Shown here: one piece after another, positions 10,211 to 21,800 of the stretch
Layout of the letters: every line of letters begins with the position of its first letter
Position numbering within the stretch: position 1 is the first letter of the stretch
Origin: an uncultured Gemmatimonadales bacterium
GTDB taxonomy: Bacteria > Gemmatimonadota > Gemmatimonadetes > Gemmatimonadales > Gemmatimonadaceae
Assembly: GCA_963701965.1 (NCBI GenBank)
Contig: OY969695.1
Coordinates: forward strand, 3,168,001 to 3,232,000
Length of the DNA: 64,000 bases
Direction: 5' to 3'
Made by a program: the position numbers and the translations under genes
Notes under the pieces: model-generated
Database searches by the model: none
Told to the model about the DNA's origin: nothing
The model's input: the letters and a program-made list of their open reading frames with translations, nothing else

Positions 10211-10537
10211 GTCCTCGTTCGGTCTCCTATGAGTCATGGTGGTCGAAGGTCCAAGGTAACCGCGGGTGCAAGATACGCATACGCAGAATCGACGCCGGAG
10301 CGCGAAGCCGTAACGCACGTTGTATGCTCAGCTGTTTGCGGCCGGCAAGGGTGATGTTAAGCCCCGCCTACCGAGCCTAACGTGGTCCGGCGCCTGACTT
10401 TGCGGTTTTGGGGAGATCAAGACATGCTTGAGCGCAGCATGGTGGCTGCTCGACTGCCCGCTGCGAGCGGCTCGTTCTCGTTGTTCGCATCCGCCGGCAA
10501 GCCGTCAGGAACCCACGTCGGTGACGCGATGTAATCG

Positions 10538-12937
10538 CTACGGCACTCGTACGGCGACGATCGTGTCCACAGCGACGATCGTAGTCTGTACGCCTTTGAT
10601 TGGCACGGTCCCCTGCAGCGTGATGTAGCCGCTCAATATCGTGCCTTTCTTGATAAGATTGACGGTGAAGCCCCCGTTCGTCAGTCCACCACCCTGCGTC
10701 ACCGATTGTATCGCCTTACCCGTAATCGTTCCCGACGTCGCGGTCCCGGTATTCGAGTACGCGAAGACGTCGATCGGAGCGACGGCACCCGAGATCGCCA
10801 GGGGAATGGGTGCGACCTGGGCAAATTGCTGCGCGCTATCAGGCGGTGAGGCGAAGGCGAAGCCGGCCTCCGGATAGTTGCTGTTGGGGAATGGCGGTCC
10901 GTTCAAAGCGACCAGCGTGGGGACCGTATTCGGTTGAATGTCGAACGCCAGCTTGGCCGACGCGGTGTCTGAGATCGCGCCATCGATGAGCGTATGGAGC
11001 CACGTGAACGACTGAATCCGCCACAGCTCCACGTTGGCGCCGTTCAGCGTGGTGTCGACCCGGGCAATGACCTGCTTGTTGCGATTGTCTATGGCTTTAA
11101 TCGTGAGCGTGCGCGGTCCGCCCGCCGTATACGTGTGCTGGACGACAGGATTGTTCTGCACCGTGACCGTGGGCGTGCTGTCGCCGAAACTCCACTCGTA
11201 CGCGACGTTCGCCGGGAGCAAGTTCGGTTGGAAGGAGAGCTGCAGCGTGTCGGAGCTGTTCACGAGGATGCCGCCCGCTGGCGCCGTGACGGTGCCGTGC
11301 AGATTCGCGATCGTGAACTGGTGCCAGTCGAGCCAGCGCCCGGCAGCACCACCAGTCGTCGGTACCATGCCTGCGGCGCCAGCCGCGTCGAGTGGTATGC
11401 CCAACGATCTTTGCGCGCCTGGGGCGACGCTGGCACTCGACACCAAGAGACCCTGCGCTCCCAGAAATCCAACCGAGTCCGTAACCAATCCGCCCGACAG
11501 TGTGTAGATGTTGAAACTCGACTCCACATTCCCCGACGGGCTGGGGGACAGCGTCGACGTGAATCCGTATTGGCACGTCGCGCACTGCGCCCAGAAGCGC
11601 AGGGTGTCGACGACATACATCGTGTCGAATAGCGGGCCAGACCACGTGTAGAACCCCGACGTTGGGAAGAGGCTGGCGCCGGCAGTCCCCGCCGTCGCGT
11701 CGGTGTACGACGACGCGAGGGGCGCGAGGGGGATAGCCAAGCCGAGAGGAGTGGCGAGCGGCGTGGTGAAGGAGACGCCGGCCTTGTACAGGGGATTCAC
11801 GTACGGCGTCATACCACTGCCTACCAACTGCAGAAACCGGCTGCTGTCACCGGGGCTGATCGGGTCGCCCACGTAGATCTGCTTGCCGGTCGCCCGGTAC
11901 GCGATCAGAAAGTAGAAGCCATTGATCGCGGAGCTCTGGAGATCGACGAGCACCGGGAGTGGCGCGCCGCCGTTCAAGGTGCCGAGCGCGAAGCTGGCGC
12001 GAATCTGATTGAACTGCAGCGAGTCCCTGTCGGCCACGCCTTGCGTGACGCTCTTGTAGGCTGAGCTGAGGTAGCTATTCACCTGGTTGCTCACCTGCCC
12101 GTCGATCAAACTCGTCCAGTGGAAACCGATCGTGTCGCTGAGGGGCGCGTTGCGGACGGCCGCGAACCGGCCATGCAGCGGAGTCGTCGAGGGTTTGGCG
12201 TTGAAATACCACAACTCCGTCGCGGCCACGCCGAGCAGTGTGCTCGCCGGCGCCGCCTCCGTGGGGAAGGCCGGCATCTCCCAATCATTGGTGCCCGGCC
12301 GATAGTGGGTATCCCAATCCTGGTTCAGCACCGCCGTCGGGATCGCGTAGACACCAAAGCTGACGCTCAAGCTGTCCGACGAACCGCCGCTCGCCATCGC
12401 GTGGACGCGACCGCGGACTTGGTCCGCCGACACCGAAGCGGCGCTGGCTTGGCTCAGATGCCCCGTGATCGCCGTCACGCTGCTACCGTCGTAGGCGATC
12501 GTCGTCATCGGCTCGATGGCCTTCGTCACCGAGTCATACAAGACGACGACGGGGAACGTACCGGTGGCCACGGTCACCGGGACCTTGAACGTGATCGCGC
12601 CCTTGGCATAGCCGCCGGCGCTGGTCACGACGTGCACGACGGGCGAGATCGGCACGATGCCGTTCGCCGTCGGGAGGTTCTTGTTCGTCGACGAGCCAAT
12701 GGTGACGGTGAGCGCGCCAGAGAACGCGCCCGACGGCACGGTCATGGTCAGCCCGTTGAGCGGGTCACCGGATTTATTGACGGTGATCGTCCCGCCCGAG
12801 GCCGGGACCGAGCCCTGGGACAGGGTATCGAAAGTCGACGCAGTCGGCGGCGGTGGCTTCGTGCCCGTGGGTGTCGAGTTCGAGCTACCGCAGGCGGCGA
12901 TCGCGAGAACGACGATGCCGAGAACGAGCTGGCGCAG
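10538..12937 (-). CDS. Large surface lipoprotein with PKD-like domain (probable CTG start)
   Basis: Frame stays open upstream of the track ORF to LRQLVLGIVVLAIAAC (lipobox); YEWSFGD...QHTY PKD signature. Confidence 0.7.
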   Translation of the reverse strand: MRQLVLGIVVLAIAACGSSNSTPTGTKPPPPTASTFDTLSQGSVPASGGTITVNKSGDPLNGLTMTVPSGAFSGALTVTIGSSTNKNLPTANGIVPISPVVHVVTSAGGYAKGAITFKVPVTVATGTFPVVVLYDSVTKAIEPMTTIAYDGSSVTAITGHLSQASAASVSADQVRGRVHAMASGGSSDSLSVSFGVYAIPTAVLNQDWDTHYRPGTNDWEMPAFPTEAAPASTLLGVAATELWYFNAKPSTTPLHGRFAAVRNAPLSDTIGFHWTSLIDGQVSNQVNSYLSSAYKSVTQGVADRDSLQFNQIRASFALGTLNGGAPLPVLVDLQSSAINGFYFLIAYRATGKQIYVGDPISPGDSSRFLQLVGSGMTPYVNPLYKAGVSFTTPLATPLGLAIPLAPLASSYTDATAGTAGASLFPTSGFYTWSGPLFDTMYVVDTLRFWAQCATCQYGFTSTLSPSPSGNVESSFNIYTLSGGLVTDSVGFLGAQGLLVSSASVAPGAQRSLGIPLDAAGAAGMVPTTGGAAGRWLDWHQFTIANLHGTVTAPAGGILVNSSDTLQLSFQPNLLPANVAYEWSFGDSTPTVTVQNNPVVQHTYTAGGPRTLTIKAIDNRNKQVIARVDTTLNGANVELWRIQSFTWLHTLIDGAISDTASAKLAFDIQPNTVPTLVALNGPPFPNSNYPEAGFAFASPPDSAQQFAQVAPIPLAISGAVAPIDVFAYSNTGTATSGTITGKAIQSVTQGGGLTNGGFTVNLIKKGTILSGYITLQGTVPIKGVQTTIVAVDTIVAVRVP

Positions 12938-13025
12938 ATAAAGCTCCGAAGAGGCGGGTCATCGAGAGAGCGGATTCTCTCGAACCAATGGCTCACGGCA
13001 ATGGTAGGATCAGTTATGGACGGTG

Positions 13026-13157
13026 TCAATGCAGAGGCCGGTAAACGGCCGGCTCCGCCAGGAACACGGCGCCAAAGACAATGAAGGCCTGCGTAATGTC
13101 CACTGTTCCGGCGATCAGGCCGCCCACACTGATCGCCATCATCGCGCGTCGTGTCAT
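13026..13157 (-). CDS. Small membrane peptide or truncated membrane-protein remnant (43 aa)
   Basis: MTRRAMMAISVGGLIAGTVDITQAFIVFGAVFLAEPAVYRPLH; preceded by phased repeats. Confidence 0.45.
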   Translation of the reverse strand: MTRRAMMAISVGGLIAGTVDITQAFIVFGAVFLAEPAVYRPLH

Positions 13158-13180
13158 GGCCTACCGTAAGCCCGGGAGGC

Positions 13181-13217
13181 CTGAAAAGTCCTGAAGTCGG
13201 TCTGAAAGCGGCCTGAA
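13181..13217. repeat. Four helically phased CTGAA direct repeats
   Basis: CTGAA at 13181, 13191, 13202 and 13213. Confidence 0.7.
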
Positions 13218-14066
13218 TCAATACGGCTTGATCCCGCCGCAGTGCATCGGGACTTCCCAGGGTGGCGATTCCCGAATGACGTTGTAATCGAAGCAATCGG
13301 AATTCGTCGGATCCTGGTACGGGGCGAGACTCGGCATGGCCGGCCCGGCACCGCCGGCCGCGGGTTGCGGTGGCCGGGCCGTGTACGGGGCGAGCATTTG
13401 CTTGAACATGTCCGGTGTTACGCGGTAACTCCCGGCGATCTTCTCGACGATCGGGCGCGCTTGGGCCGCCTGACTCGCGGGGGCTTGTAACAGGAACACG
13501 ATGTTCTTGTACAGTCCGAGCCAGTCGGGTTGCAGCGAGCAGATGACGCCCTCGAACTTGATGTTGTCCGACCCGGCAACCCAGCCGCCCGTCATACGGG
13601 AGCACATCGGGAGTCTGGTCGGCGTCTCGGAGGCGATCGTGATATTCGGCGCGGGCATTCCCTGTTTGGCCGCGCCGGCGTTGAGAATCTTGGTAAACTT
13701 CTCTTTGAGCGGCGTGCTGAAAGGCAAGGCGAATGCGACATTGCTGGCGGCGTCGCCGGCCCCCTCCGGTCCGTTCTTCGCGACGACGATGACGCCGAGG
13801 TTGACGCGCTCGCCGTTGGGGCCAGTCACGAATACAAATCCGTTCGACCCTTTGGCCAGGGTCCAGCCGTCGGGAACACCTACCGTGGCGGTCTTGTCGT
13901 CCGTCGTCGCGAGCTTATAGCCGCTGGTACTTTGGGGTTGCGTGGATGCGGGCGCTTGTGATGGGGTCTTGGTTTTGGTACGTCCTTGTGCCTCGGCGCG
14001 CGGGATCATCGGGCTGACGACCGATAGCGCGGAGAGGACGCAGATCTGCGCGAGAGTGCTCTGCAA
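13218..14066 (-). CDS. Secreted hypothetical protein
   Basis: Signal peptide ending AEA; GGAG RBS before TTG; no recognised domain. Confidence 0.7.
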   Translation of the reverse strand: MQSTLAQICVLSALSVVSPMIPRAEAQGRTKTKTPSQAPASTQPQSTSGYKLATTDDKTATVGVPDGWTLAKGSNGFVFVTGPNGERVNLGVIVVAKNGPEGAGDAASNVAFALPFSTPLKEKFTKILNAGAAKQGMPAPNITIASETPTRLPMCSRMTGGWVAGSDNIKFEGVICSLQPDWLGLYKNIVFLLQAPASQAAQARPIVEKIAGSYRVTPDMFKQMLAPYTARPPQPAAGGAGPAMPSLAPYQDPTNSDCFDYNVIRESPPWEVPMHCGGIKPY

Positions 14067-14124
14067 GGGAAGCTCCAGAAAGATGGGTCAACCCCAAGAG
14101 CGGATTTTCCCGGGCCGGGGGCTC

Positions 14125-15700
14125 ATGCGCTCTGGAAACGTTCGAGCATCGTGGCTCGTCCCTCGCCTCTGGTTGCAGCTCTTCGTCTTCCGGTCCGGCC
14201 CCAACCGGGACGAATACCAGCACCGGAACGATCTCCGGCACGGTGGCGAGCTCACTCGGCGGCGGATTGCCGAATGTGCACGTCATCGTCACCCCGACGA
14301 ACGCGTCGGCACTCCCCTCGGTCAAGACCGATTCGACCGGCGCCTACGCCGTGGCCAACGTGCCGGTCGGCAATGGCGGCGTGGCCGTCTCGACCCTGCC
14401 ATCAAACTGCCAGGTCCCGACTGCGAGGTCATACACGGGCGTGGCTGGCAGCGCGGCAACCACCGTCAATGTCACCGTGACATGCGCGCCGCTCACCGGC
14501 AACCTCACCGTCACGATCTCGGCGCCGAACGGGGCCACGCCATCGGTGAGCGTCTCAGGGCCCAAAGGCTTCACCAAAACCCTGGTCCGCGACACGACGT
14601 TCACGGGGATCACTCCCGGTGCCTATGCGATCTCCGCCAAGAAATACACGCATTCGGGCCTCTTGGTGGATAGCGTCTTCGCGGCGACGATCTCGTCCAT
14701 CCACGACACGGTGGTGGCCGGACACACGGCGACCACGACCGTCACCTATGCCGTGCAGGGCGGGAGTGGGTCCCTGTGGGTCGCCAGCTATGCCAACACC
14801 CAGGTACTCGAGTTCGGCGCGTCTCAACTGCAAGCGTCCGGCAGTGTGACGCCCGCGGTGAACCTCAATGTCGCCGGCAATTATGGGGCGCCCACCGCGC
14901 TGGCCTTCGACTCGGCCGGCAATGCCTGGATCATGGCGGCGAACTTTCTGTGGGAGCTGCCGCCGGCATTGCTCACGCAAAACGGGTCGCCCATCTCGCC
15001 GATCGTCATCAACAGCACGGCGTTCAACGGCAACGAGAGCATGGCGTTCGATGCCGCGGGCAACGTGTGGGTCTCGAATTTCATCGTCAACACCGTGGTC
15101 GGATTCCACGCGAACCAGTTGACAGCCAGTGGCAGCGTCACGCCGGCCGCAATCATTACTGGTCCCGCGCTCAACGAGCCCGTGCCGCTCGCGTTTGACA
15201 AGAACGGCACGCTCTGGGTCGGCAACTTGGGCGCCACCAACGTATTGGGATACAGCCCGGCGCAGCAGGTGACGGGATCGCCAACCCCGATCACCATTGC
15301 TGTCTCCGGAGTCCCATCGATCGAAGCCGTGGCCGGTGATCCAAAGAGTGGATTGTGGGTCGGCGGCAGTGGTCACCTCGCCGCGTTCTCCGCGTCACAG
15401 CTCACGACGAGTGGCTCGCCGACCCCGGCCGTCGCGATCGCGCTCAACGCGCCGTACAACACGTCCAGGTTGACCGGCATCACGTTCGACAACCAGGGTA
15501 ACGCGTGGGTGCTCGACGGCACGGAGAACGTCATCCTCGAGCTCACTTCCGCACAACTCACCGCCGGTGGCGCGCAATCACCGGCGGTGGTCATTTCGTC
15601 GTCCGCGATGAACCTTCCCGACGCCCTGGCGTTCAATCCGCATGGGGGAGGGGTGCCACTGTTCGGGGCGAAGGTCGCGCGTCGTCAAGGGCATCCGTGA
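14125..15700 (+). CDS. Lipoprotein with carboxypeptidase-regulatory-like Ig domains and NHL-like beta-propeller (frameshift near 14161)
   Basis: MRSGNVRASWLV, extra C, then LASGC lipobox; repeated LAFDxxGNxW units. Confidence 0.75.
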
Positions 15701-15742
15701 TCCATTGATGGTGTTAGTCGACGGCACCGATCAGTCTGTCTG

Positions 15743-17341
15743 TTACCCTTTGACCACTGGGTAGGCCGCCGCAAGTCGTAGCGCTTCCACGTCGAGTTCG
15801 TACTCGAGTGCCTGCAAGACGTCATCGCCGATCGCGCCTATATCGCGAAGGGCGATGACTTCGTCTCGTTCGGCGGTCAATGCCTCCTTTCTGAGCCACC
15901 CATACGACTGGGCCTCGTCGGGCGCGCAGTCGCCCGTATCGCTTCCCTCGGCCAGTCGATGCGTGCGCACGCGATAGCTGTCGACCAGTCGGTTGACCAG
16001 AGTGTCCGGGGCGCGGCCGCGCAGCTGCTCGAGGCGTTCCAGCGCGGCGTCCGCGGCACGGAGTCGAGCCGAGGCTTCTTCCCGCCGTTCGTCGTCGCCA
16101 CCGCGCACGTGGAGGCGCCGCAAAACAAAGGGCAGCGTCCCGCCCTGTACGACGAGCGTCACCAGGATCACCGCGAACGTCAAATACAAGATCAGCGCTC
16201 GCGCGGGGAAGGGCCCCCCGGCCTGCGTGGCTTCCGGGAGGGCGAGCGCCGCGGCCAAGCTCAGGACACCGCGCATCCCAGCCCAGCCGATGATCGTCGT
16301 CTCCTTCCACGTGGGATATCGATCCGGTTGGTTCCCATAGATGCGCAGCCAGCGTGGGACGAGCACGCCGAAGGGGATATACGCCAACCGGACCCCGACC
16401 ACGACGAGGCTGATCAACGCGCCGTACCAGAGCAGTGTGATCGGCGTCGCGTGCTGGGTCGGCGAGAGCGACGGCCACACGACCGACAGCGCGAGCCCGG
16501 TCAGGATGAACAACGTGCCGTTGAGCAGGAAGACCAACACGTCCCAGACGGCGCGCGCCTCTACCCGTGAGCGCGGCGTGGCATGCCGGCTCATGAACTG
16601 GCGCAGCGTGAGGCCGGCCGCCGCGGCACTCAGTATTCCGGAGACGCCCAGGACGTCGGCCGACAAGTAGGCCGCATAGGGCGTCAGCAGTGTGAGCGCG
16701 ATAGTGGTGAGCTCGTCGTTCGTAAGGCGCAGGAGACGACCAGCGCACCAGCCGATCGCGATACCCACGACGGTGCCACCCACGATCACCAGCGTGAAAT
16801 CGAGCGGGGCGTGACTTGCCGAGAACGTGCCGACCACCGCGGCGGCGACGGCGACGTGTGACGCGGCCAGGCCCGTGGCATCGTTCACGACGCTTTCGCC
16901 TTCCAGGATCGTTACGATCCGGCGGGACACGCCAAGACGCCGGGCCACGGCGGTCGCCGCGACCGGATCGGTCGGCGACACCACCGCGCCGAGGACGAAC
17001 GCCGCCGGCCAACTCAGCCCGGGGATCATCGCGTGAGCGACGCCAGCGACGCCAAAGATGGTGGCCAGGACCAGTCCCAACGCCAACGCGCCAATCGGGC
17101 GAAGGTTTGCCCGAAAGTCGCGCAGGGATGTCAGGTAGCCCGCGGAGAAAATCAGCGGCGGGAGGAAAACGAAGAACACCACGTCGGGCGCGAGCGTGAT
17201 CTGCGGGAGGCCCGGGACCAAGCTCAGGACAAGTCCACCGAGGACCAGCAGGATCGGATACGGCAGTCCCAAACGCCGGGCGAGCGCGGCGATGCCGACG
17301 ACGAGGGACAGCAGACCGACGACGACGGTAACCGGGTGCAT
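15743..17341 (-). CDS. Na+/H+ antiporter, CPA1 family (NhaP/YjcE-like)
   Basis: FLPPLIF, SPTDPVA, LEGESVVND, WAGMRGVLSLAAAL. Confidence 0.95.
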   Translation of the reverse strand: MHPVTVVVGLLSLVVGIAALARRLGLPYPILLVLGGLVLSLVPGLPQITLAPDVVFFVFLPPLIFSAGYLTSLRDFRANLRPIGALALGLVLATIFGVAGVAHAMIPGLSWPAAFVLGAVVSPTDPVAATAVARRLGVSRRIVTILEGESVVNDATGLAASHVAVAAAVVGTFSASHAPLDFTLVIVGGTVVGIAIGWCAGRLLRLTNDELTTIALTLLTPYAAYLSADVLGVSGILSAAAAGLTLRQFMSRHATPRSRVEARAVWDVLVFLLNGTLFILTGLALSVVWPSLSPTQHATPITLLWYGALISLVVVGVRLAYIPFGVLVPRWLRIYGNQPDRYPTWKETTIIGWAGMRGVLSLAAALALPEATQAGGPFPARALILYLTFAVILVTLVVQGGTLPFVLRRLHVRGGDDERREEASARLRAADAALERLEQLRGRAPDTLVNRLVDSYRVRTHRLAEGSDTGDCAPDEAQSYGWLRKEALTAERDEVIALRDIGAIGDDVLQALEYELDVEALRLAAAYPVVKG

Positions 17342-17407
17342 GGGTCAAAGTTACTGCCATTGACCCTGCCGCCGATTACCGTCACCGCACGAGGACGACC
17401 TGTCCGC

Positions 17408-18868
17408 TTATGGGCAGGTCTTGGTGAACGAGCCGCCGCGCGCCGCGGTTTCAGCGAACGGGATCGGCTTGTTCGTGGTGAAAAGGTCCTTCTGCGTCGT
17501 GCCAACCCATGTCTTGTCCTGCTCGGCGGCCACGCCGTACATCCGGATCGCGATCATGCGGTCCCCGCTGGCCTCGAACGCCGTCGAGATCTGCTGCTCG
17601 TGGAGCAGCGCGTCCCGGGTCGCGGTGTACGTGTTCCCGATTCTGGCCGTGGGAAGGCCGCCGACTGTCGTGCGCACATCGTTGATGAGCGTGGCCGCGT
17701 TGGTGAGGTTCCCGAGCCCGATCTGAATCTCCGCGCGAACGAGGACGAGCTCCTCGTTGCGCACGATCGGGATGAACGAGCCAGGCGTCGGGTAGTACGC
17801 GTACACGTACGGCGAGGCGGCCGACGCATACGTCGGCTGCTGTATCGGGTGCGGGTTGACCGCGAACTTCGTCTTCCAGCGTAGATCATTGATCGTGTCC
17901 TGGCTCGACGGAATCGCGTTGAGGACGATGAACGTGCCACCGTTCGCGTTGATCGGATTGACCTGATCGCCCGACGTCGCGCTGAAATTGTGCGATACGG
18001 TGAAGTTGTCGTTGGTGAATCCGCCGGACGGGGTCGGTGCAAGCGCCCCAGGGTTGTACAGCGCCGACGCGGCAATCGCACTGTCGGCCCGTAGGAGCGC
18101 CGCCTGGTCGGGCGACCCGGGCGACGATGCCGTCGGCGGGTTGCCACCAGGGCCCCGCGCGATCGCGTACGCCAGCTCGAGGCCCGCCTTGCCGGCCAAC
18201 GCGCGGTTGAACGCGGAGAAACTCGTGCTGGTGGCGCTGACCGCCTTGAACCCCGACGGCAGGTTGACCGGGAGCGGAGTCGACCCCGCTGTCACAAGCT
18301 GCGCGTTGGCCGAGTCGAGCAGCGCGACGATGTACTTCCACCCGTCGCGGACGCAGAGACCAGGCGGCGGGCCCGCCGGCGTTTGCGGCATGATCGCGAT
18401 ACCGGCCGTGTCATGATCCTCGGCGATCATCATGTAGTTCAGCGCCTCGATTGTCTGGACGACGCCGACGATCGCCGCGTCCTGCGCCGGCGAAAAGGCC
18501 GGGACCACGCTGGGCAATGTCGCAATGATCTGATGCGCCTGCAGGATGTCGGTGTAGAACTCGGCCCAGGCGACATTGAGGCTCCACGCCGGATCGATGG
18601 GCTGCAGGCCCAGCTCGTACAGAATGAACCGGGGCTCGGTATTCGTGTAGTTGGCGCCGTCGCGGGCGAATCCCGTCGCGTCGACGAGATACCCGAGGAG
18701 ATCGTTGCCGCGCATCTCGCCGACGAGACCCGTCATCGCGTTCTGAACACCGGGAGGTGAATTCGGAATCGACGTCGGCGCGGCGTAGAACGGGATGTCG
18801 GTATCCTTGCATGCGGCCGGTGCGATCAGCGTGATCGCGGCGACGGCCAGTGTGAGTGAGCGTCTCAT
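17408..18868 (-). CDS. susD: SusD/RagB family outer-membrane lipoprotein
   Basis: Lipobox APAAC; IPIVRNEELVLVRAE...INDVR; directly after susC. Confidence 0.88.
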   Translation of the reverse strand: MRRSLTLAVAAITLIAPAACKDTDIPFYAAPTSIPNSPPGVQNAMTGLVGEMRGNDLLGYLVDATGFARDGANYTNTEPRFILYELGLQPIDPAWSLNVAWAEFYTDILQAHQIIATLPSVVPAFSPAQDAAIVGVVQTIEALNYMMIAEDHDTAGIAIMPQTPAGPPPGLCVRDGWKYIVALLDSANAQLVTAGSTPLPVNLPSGFKAVSATSTSFSAFNRALAGKAGLELAYAIARGPGGNPPTASSPGSPDQAALLRADSAIAASALYNPGALAPTPSGGFTNDNFTVSHNFSATSGDQVNPINANGGTFIVLNAIPSSQDTINDLRWKTKFAVNPHPIQQPTYASAASPYVYAYYPTPGSFIPIVRNEELVLVRAEIQIGLGNLTNAATLINDVRTTVGGLPTARIGNTYTATRDALLHEQQISTAFEASGDRMIAIRMYGVAAEQDKTWVGTTQKDLFTTNKPIPFAETAARGGSFTKTCP

Positions 18869-18870
18869 GG

Positions 18871-21800
18871 TCAGAATCCCAGGTCGAGGCCGAAGAAATA
18901 GCTGCGGGCCGGCGGGTAGCCGGTCACCTCTTGGCCGCGGGTGATTTGTTGATTCCCGTTGGCGCTGATCTCGGGGTCGAGACCGTCGTACTTGTACCAG
19001 TTGAAGACGTTATAGGCGGTGAACGACAGCTTGGCGCTCGTGATCCGCCCACGCGTGAACGCGAACACCCGGTTGGGGAGCGTGTAGCTGGCGGATAGCT
19101 GGCGCACCTTCACGAACGACGCGTCTTCGACGTAGATCGTCGGGTTCTTGTTGGACTGCGCGAACCGCTGCGCGCCCTTCGCCGAATCGCCCAGCAGGGT
19201 CAGACCGGCGCCATCGAAGTACAGGTCGGTGAGGTTGATCGCGCTCCCGCCGCGGCTCCAGTCGACGAGCCCATACAGCCGCACGGGTCCGAAGGTGATC
19301 TCATTGCCGAAGTCCATGCGATACGCTGGCTGGACGTCGCCGACTTGTTGCGGCAAGCCATTCGGCAGGATGGCCGAGGCATTCACGAGCTCGGAGACCG
19401 ACCGGCCGACGGCGAGAAATCCTTCGCCAAACCCGAACGTATTCCCGATCGGTCCGGGCGTGGTCGGCAGGGCATCGACGCGGCTGTAGTTCCGGTAGAA
19501 CGTGTTCGTCGAGACCCACGAGATCCCACCCAATTGTCGCATTTGCACTGGGGTCATGGTCAACGACAGCTCGATGCCCTGGTTCGTGAACTGGCCGCCG
19601 TTGAACCACTCGTTCTGATGTCCCTCGGTCGGCGGCACGCTGGCCTGGAGCAACAAGTCGGACAGGCGCTTCTGGTAGACGGTCGCCGAGAATTGGGCCC
19701 GCGAGTTGAACATCGTGAGATCGAATCCGGTCTCGATCTCGGTCTCGGCTTCCGGCCGGATGCCCGCGTCACCGAGGAGCGAGCTGACCCCGATGCCGTT
19801 CAATTCATTGTCCTGGGTGGGAACGAACGGCGTGTACTTCGCGCCATAAATCGGCAGGTTGCCCGATTGCCCGTAGGCCACGCGGAACTTGAGATCGTTG
19901 ATGGCCTTCGCGAACTCCGGTACGCGGTACGACGCCGAGAAGCGCGGGTAGTAGTAGAACTGGTCGATGACCCCGTCGGCGGTCGACCGCTCGCCGGTGA
20001 TACCACCGGTCAAGGCCAGGCGCGAGTCGAGCAGCAGCAGTTGCTCTTGCCCGTACCAGGACTGGTCGAGCTGCGCCGTCCGGAACAGGAAGTTGGTCTG
20101 TACGGTGCCGACGATCGGCGAGTTGACCCCGGCCAAGAGGTTTTGGCCGACCGTGACGGGCTCGGTCGTCGACCGGCGGTCGCGCGTGTACCCGATCGAC
20201 GTCGTCGCGTCGAGCCAGGAGAGCCCGGTGAAGTGGTGGCTCAGGTTGAACGAGTAGTTATAGTAGGTCGTCGTCGCCGTGTTGGACACCGACGCCCCCG
20301 GCAGCCCGCTGGGCTCGAGCTGCTCGACCTGGAGCGTTGGCGGGGCGTACAGCAGGTCGTTCAAGCTCGTGAGGTCGGCGCCGCCGATGACGGTGAGCTT
20401 GAGGTTCTGGTGCTCCTGCTGGAACACCGTCCAGTCGATCGTGCCGCCGCCGAGGAAGCGGCTGACGTTCTCCGGCGTCGCGATGAGCAGGGCATCGGCG
20501 AACGGGTTGGCGTTGCCAAACGGATTGGTCGGCCAGGCGCTGTTGGAGAGCGCATCCAGCCGCACGAACTGCGGGGTGGTGGAGAACACGTTGTACGGGC
20601 TGATCCCGATATTATCGTTGCCCGTGATGCCACGCCGCGTGAGGTCGTGCACGTAGCTCAGGTTGGCCGAGACCCGGATACTCGACGAGAGATCCTGGGA
20701 CACGTTGGAACGGATCGACTGTTTGTTGTAGCCGGTGTTGTTCTCGATGCCGTTGTCGTACTTGGTCGTCCCCGATAGGAAGTACTGCGTTTGCCCTTGC
20801 GTGCCGGACACGCTCACATCGGCTTCGTACGACGCCTGGTTGTTGCCGAACAACTGGCTCTGGAAGTCTTGCGGGCCGGCGAAGACCGACTTGATGAACG
20901 CGTTCGCGTCTGCCTGGGTCGCGTAGGTTTTCTTCGCCGCCGCATCGTCGTTCCAGTACCAATCCTGGGCGCTTTGCAGGGTCGGGAACGTCCGGAGCGG
21001 CAGCGTCCTGGCATCCTCGAAGTGACCCAGGCGCGTCGTGGCGCTCCATTGCGCCTTGCCCTCTTTGCCGTGTTTCGTCGTAATGATCACGACGCCCGCG
21101 GACGCCTTGGACCCGTAGATCGCGGACGCCGAGGCACCCTTGAGCACCTCGATCGACTCGATGTCGGATGGGTTGATGTCCGCGATGCGGTTGACGCCGC
21201 TGTCCTCGAAGCTCGGAGCGTTCGGGGTGAACACGCCCTCCGAGTTCGCGCCGCGACCAGAGCCGTTGATCGCGTTCATGTCGTTGTTGATCGTCTCGTT
21301 GTTGACGATGATGCCATCGACGACGTACAGCGGCTCGGCGTTGGCGTTGATCGACGTGATGCCGCGGATCTGCACTTGAAGGCCGCCGCCGGGCGCGCCG
21401 CCGTTGTTCGACTGAATGATCGCGCCGGTGACTTTGCCTTGGATCGCGTTCTCGATCGTCGGCGCCGGAACCTCGTTGACCTGGGCCGACGTCACGACGG
21501 CAACGGCATTCGCGGCATTGCGCGACGACACCGTGGTTGCGACGCCGGTGATCACCTGTTGTTCGAGCTTGAGGACGTCCCGCTCCAACACCACCTGGAC
21601 GTCCGTCTGACCGGCATTCAACGGCACGGTCATCTGTCGATAGCCAATGCGCCGCACCGTGACACTCTTGGCATCGGCGGGGAGCCGGAGCGCGAATGCT
21701 CCGCTGTCGTTCGTCAATGCACCGATCGTCGTACCGGTGACCGTCACTTGCGCGGCGGGAATCGCCATCGCGTTGGCCGCGTCGGTCACGTGTCCCGTCA

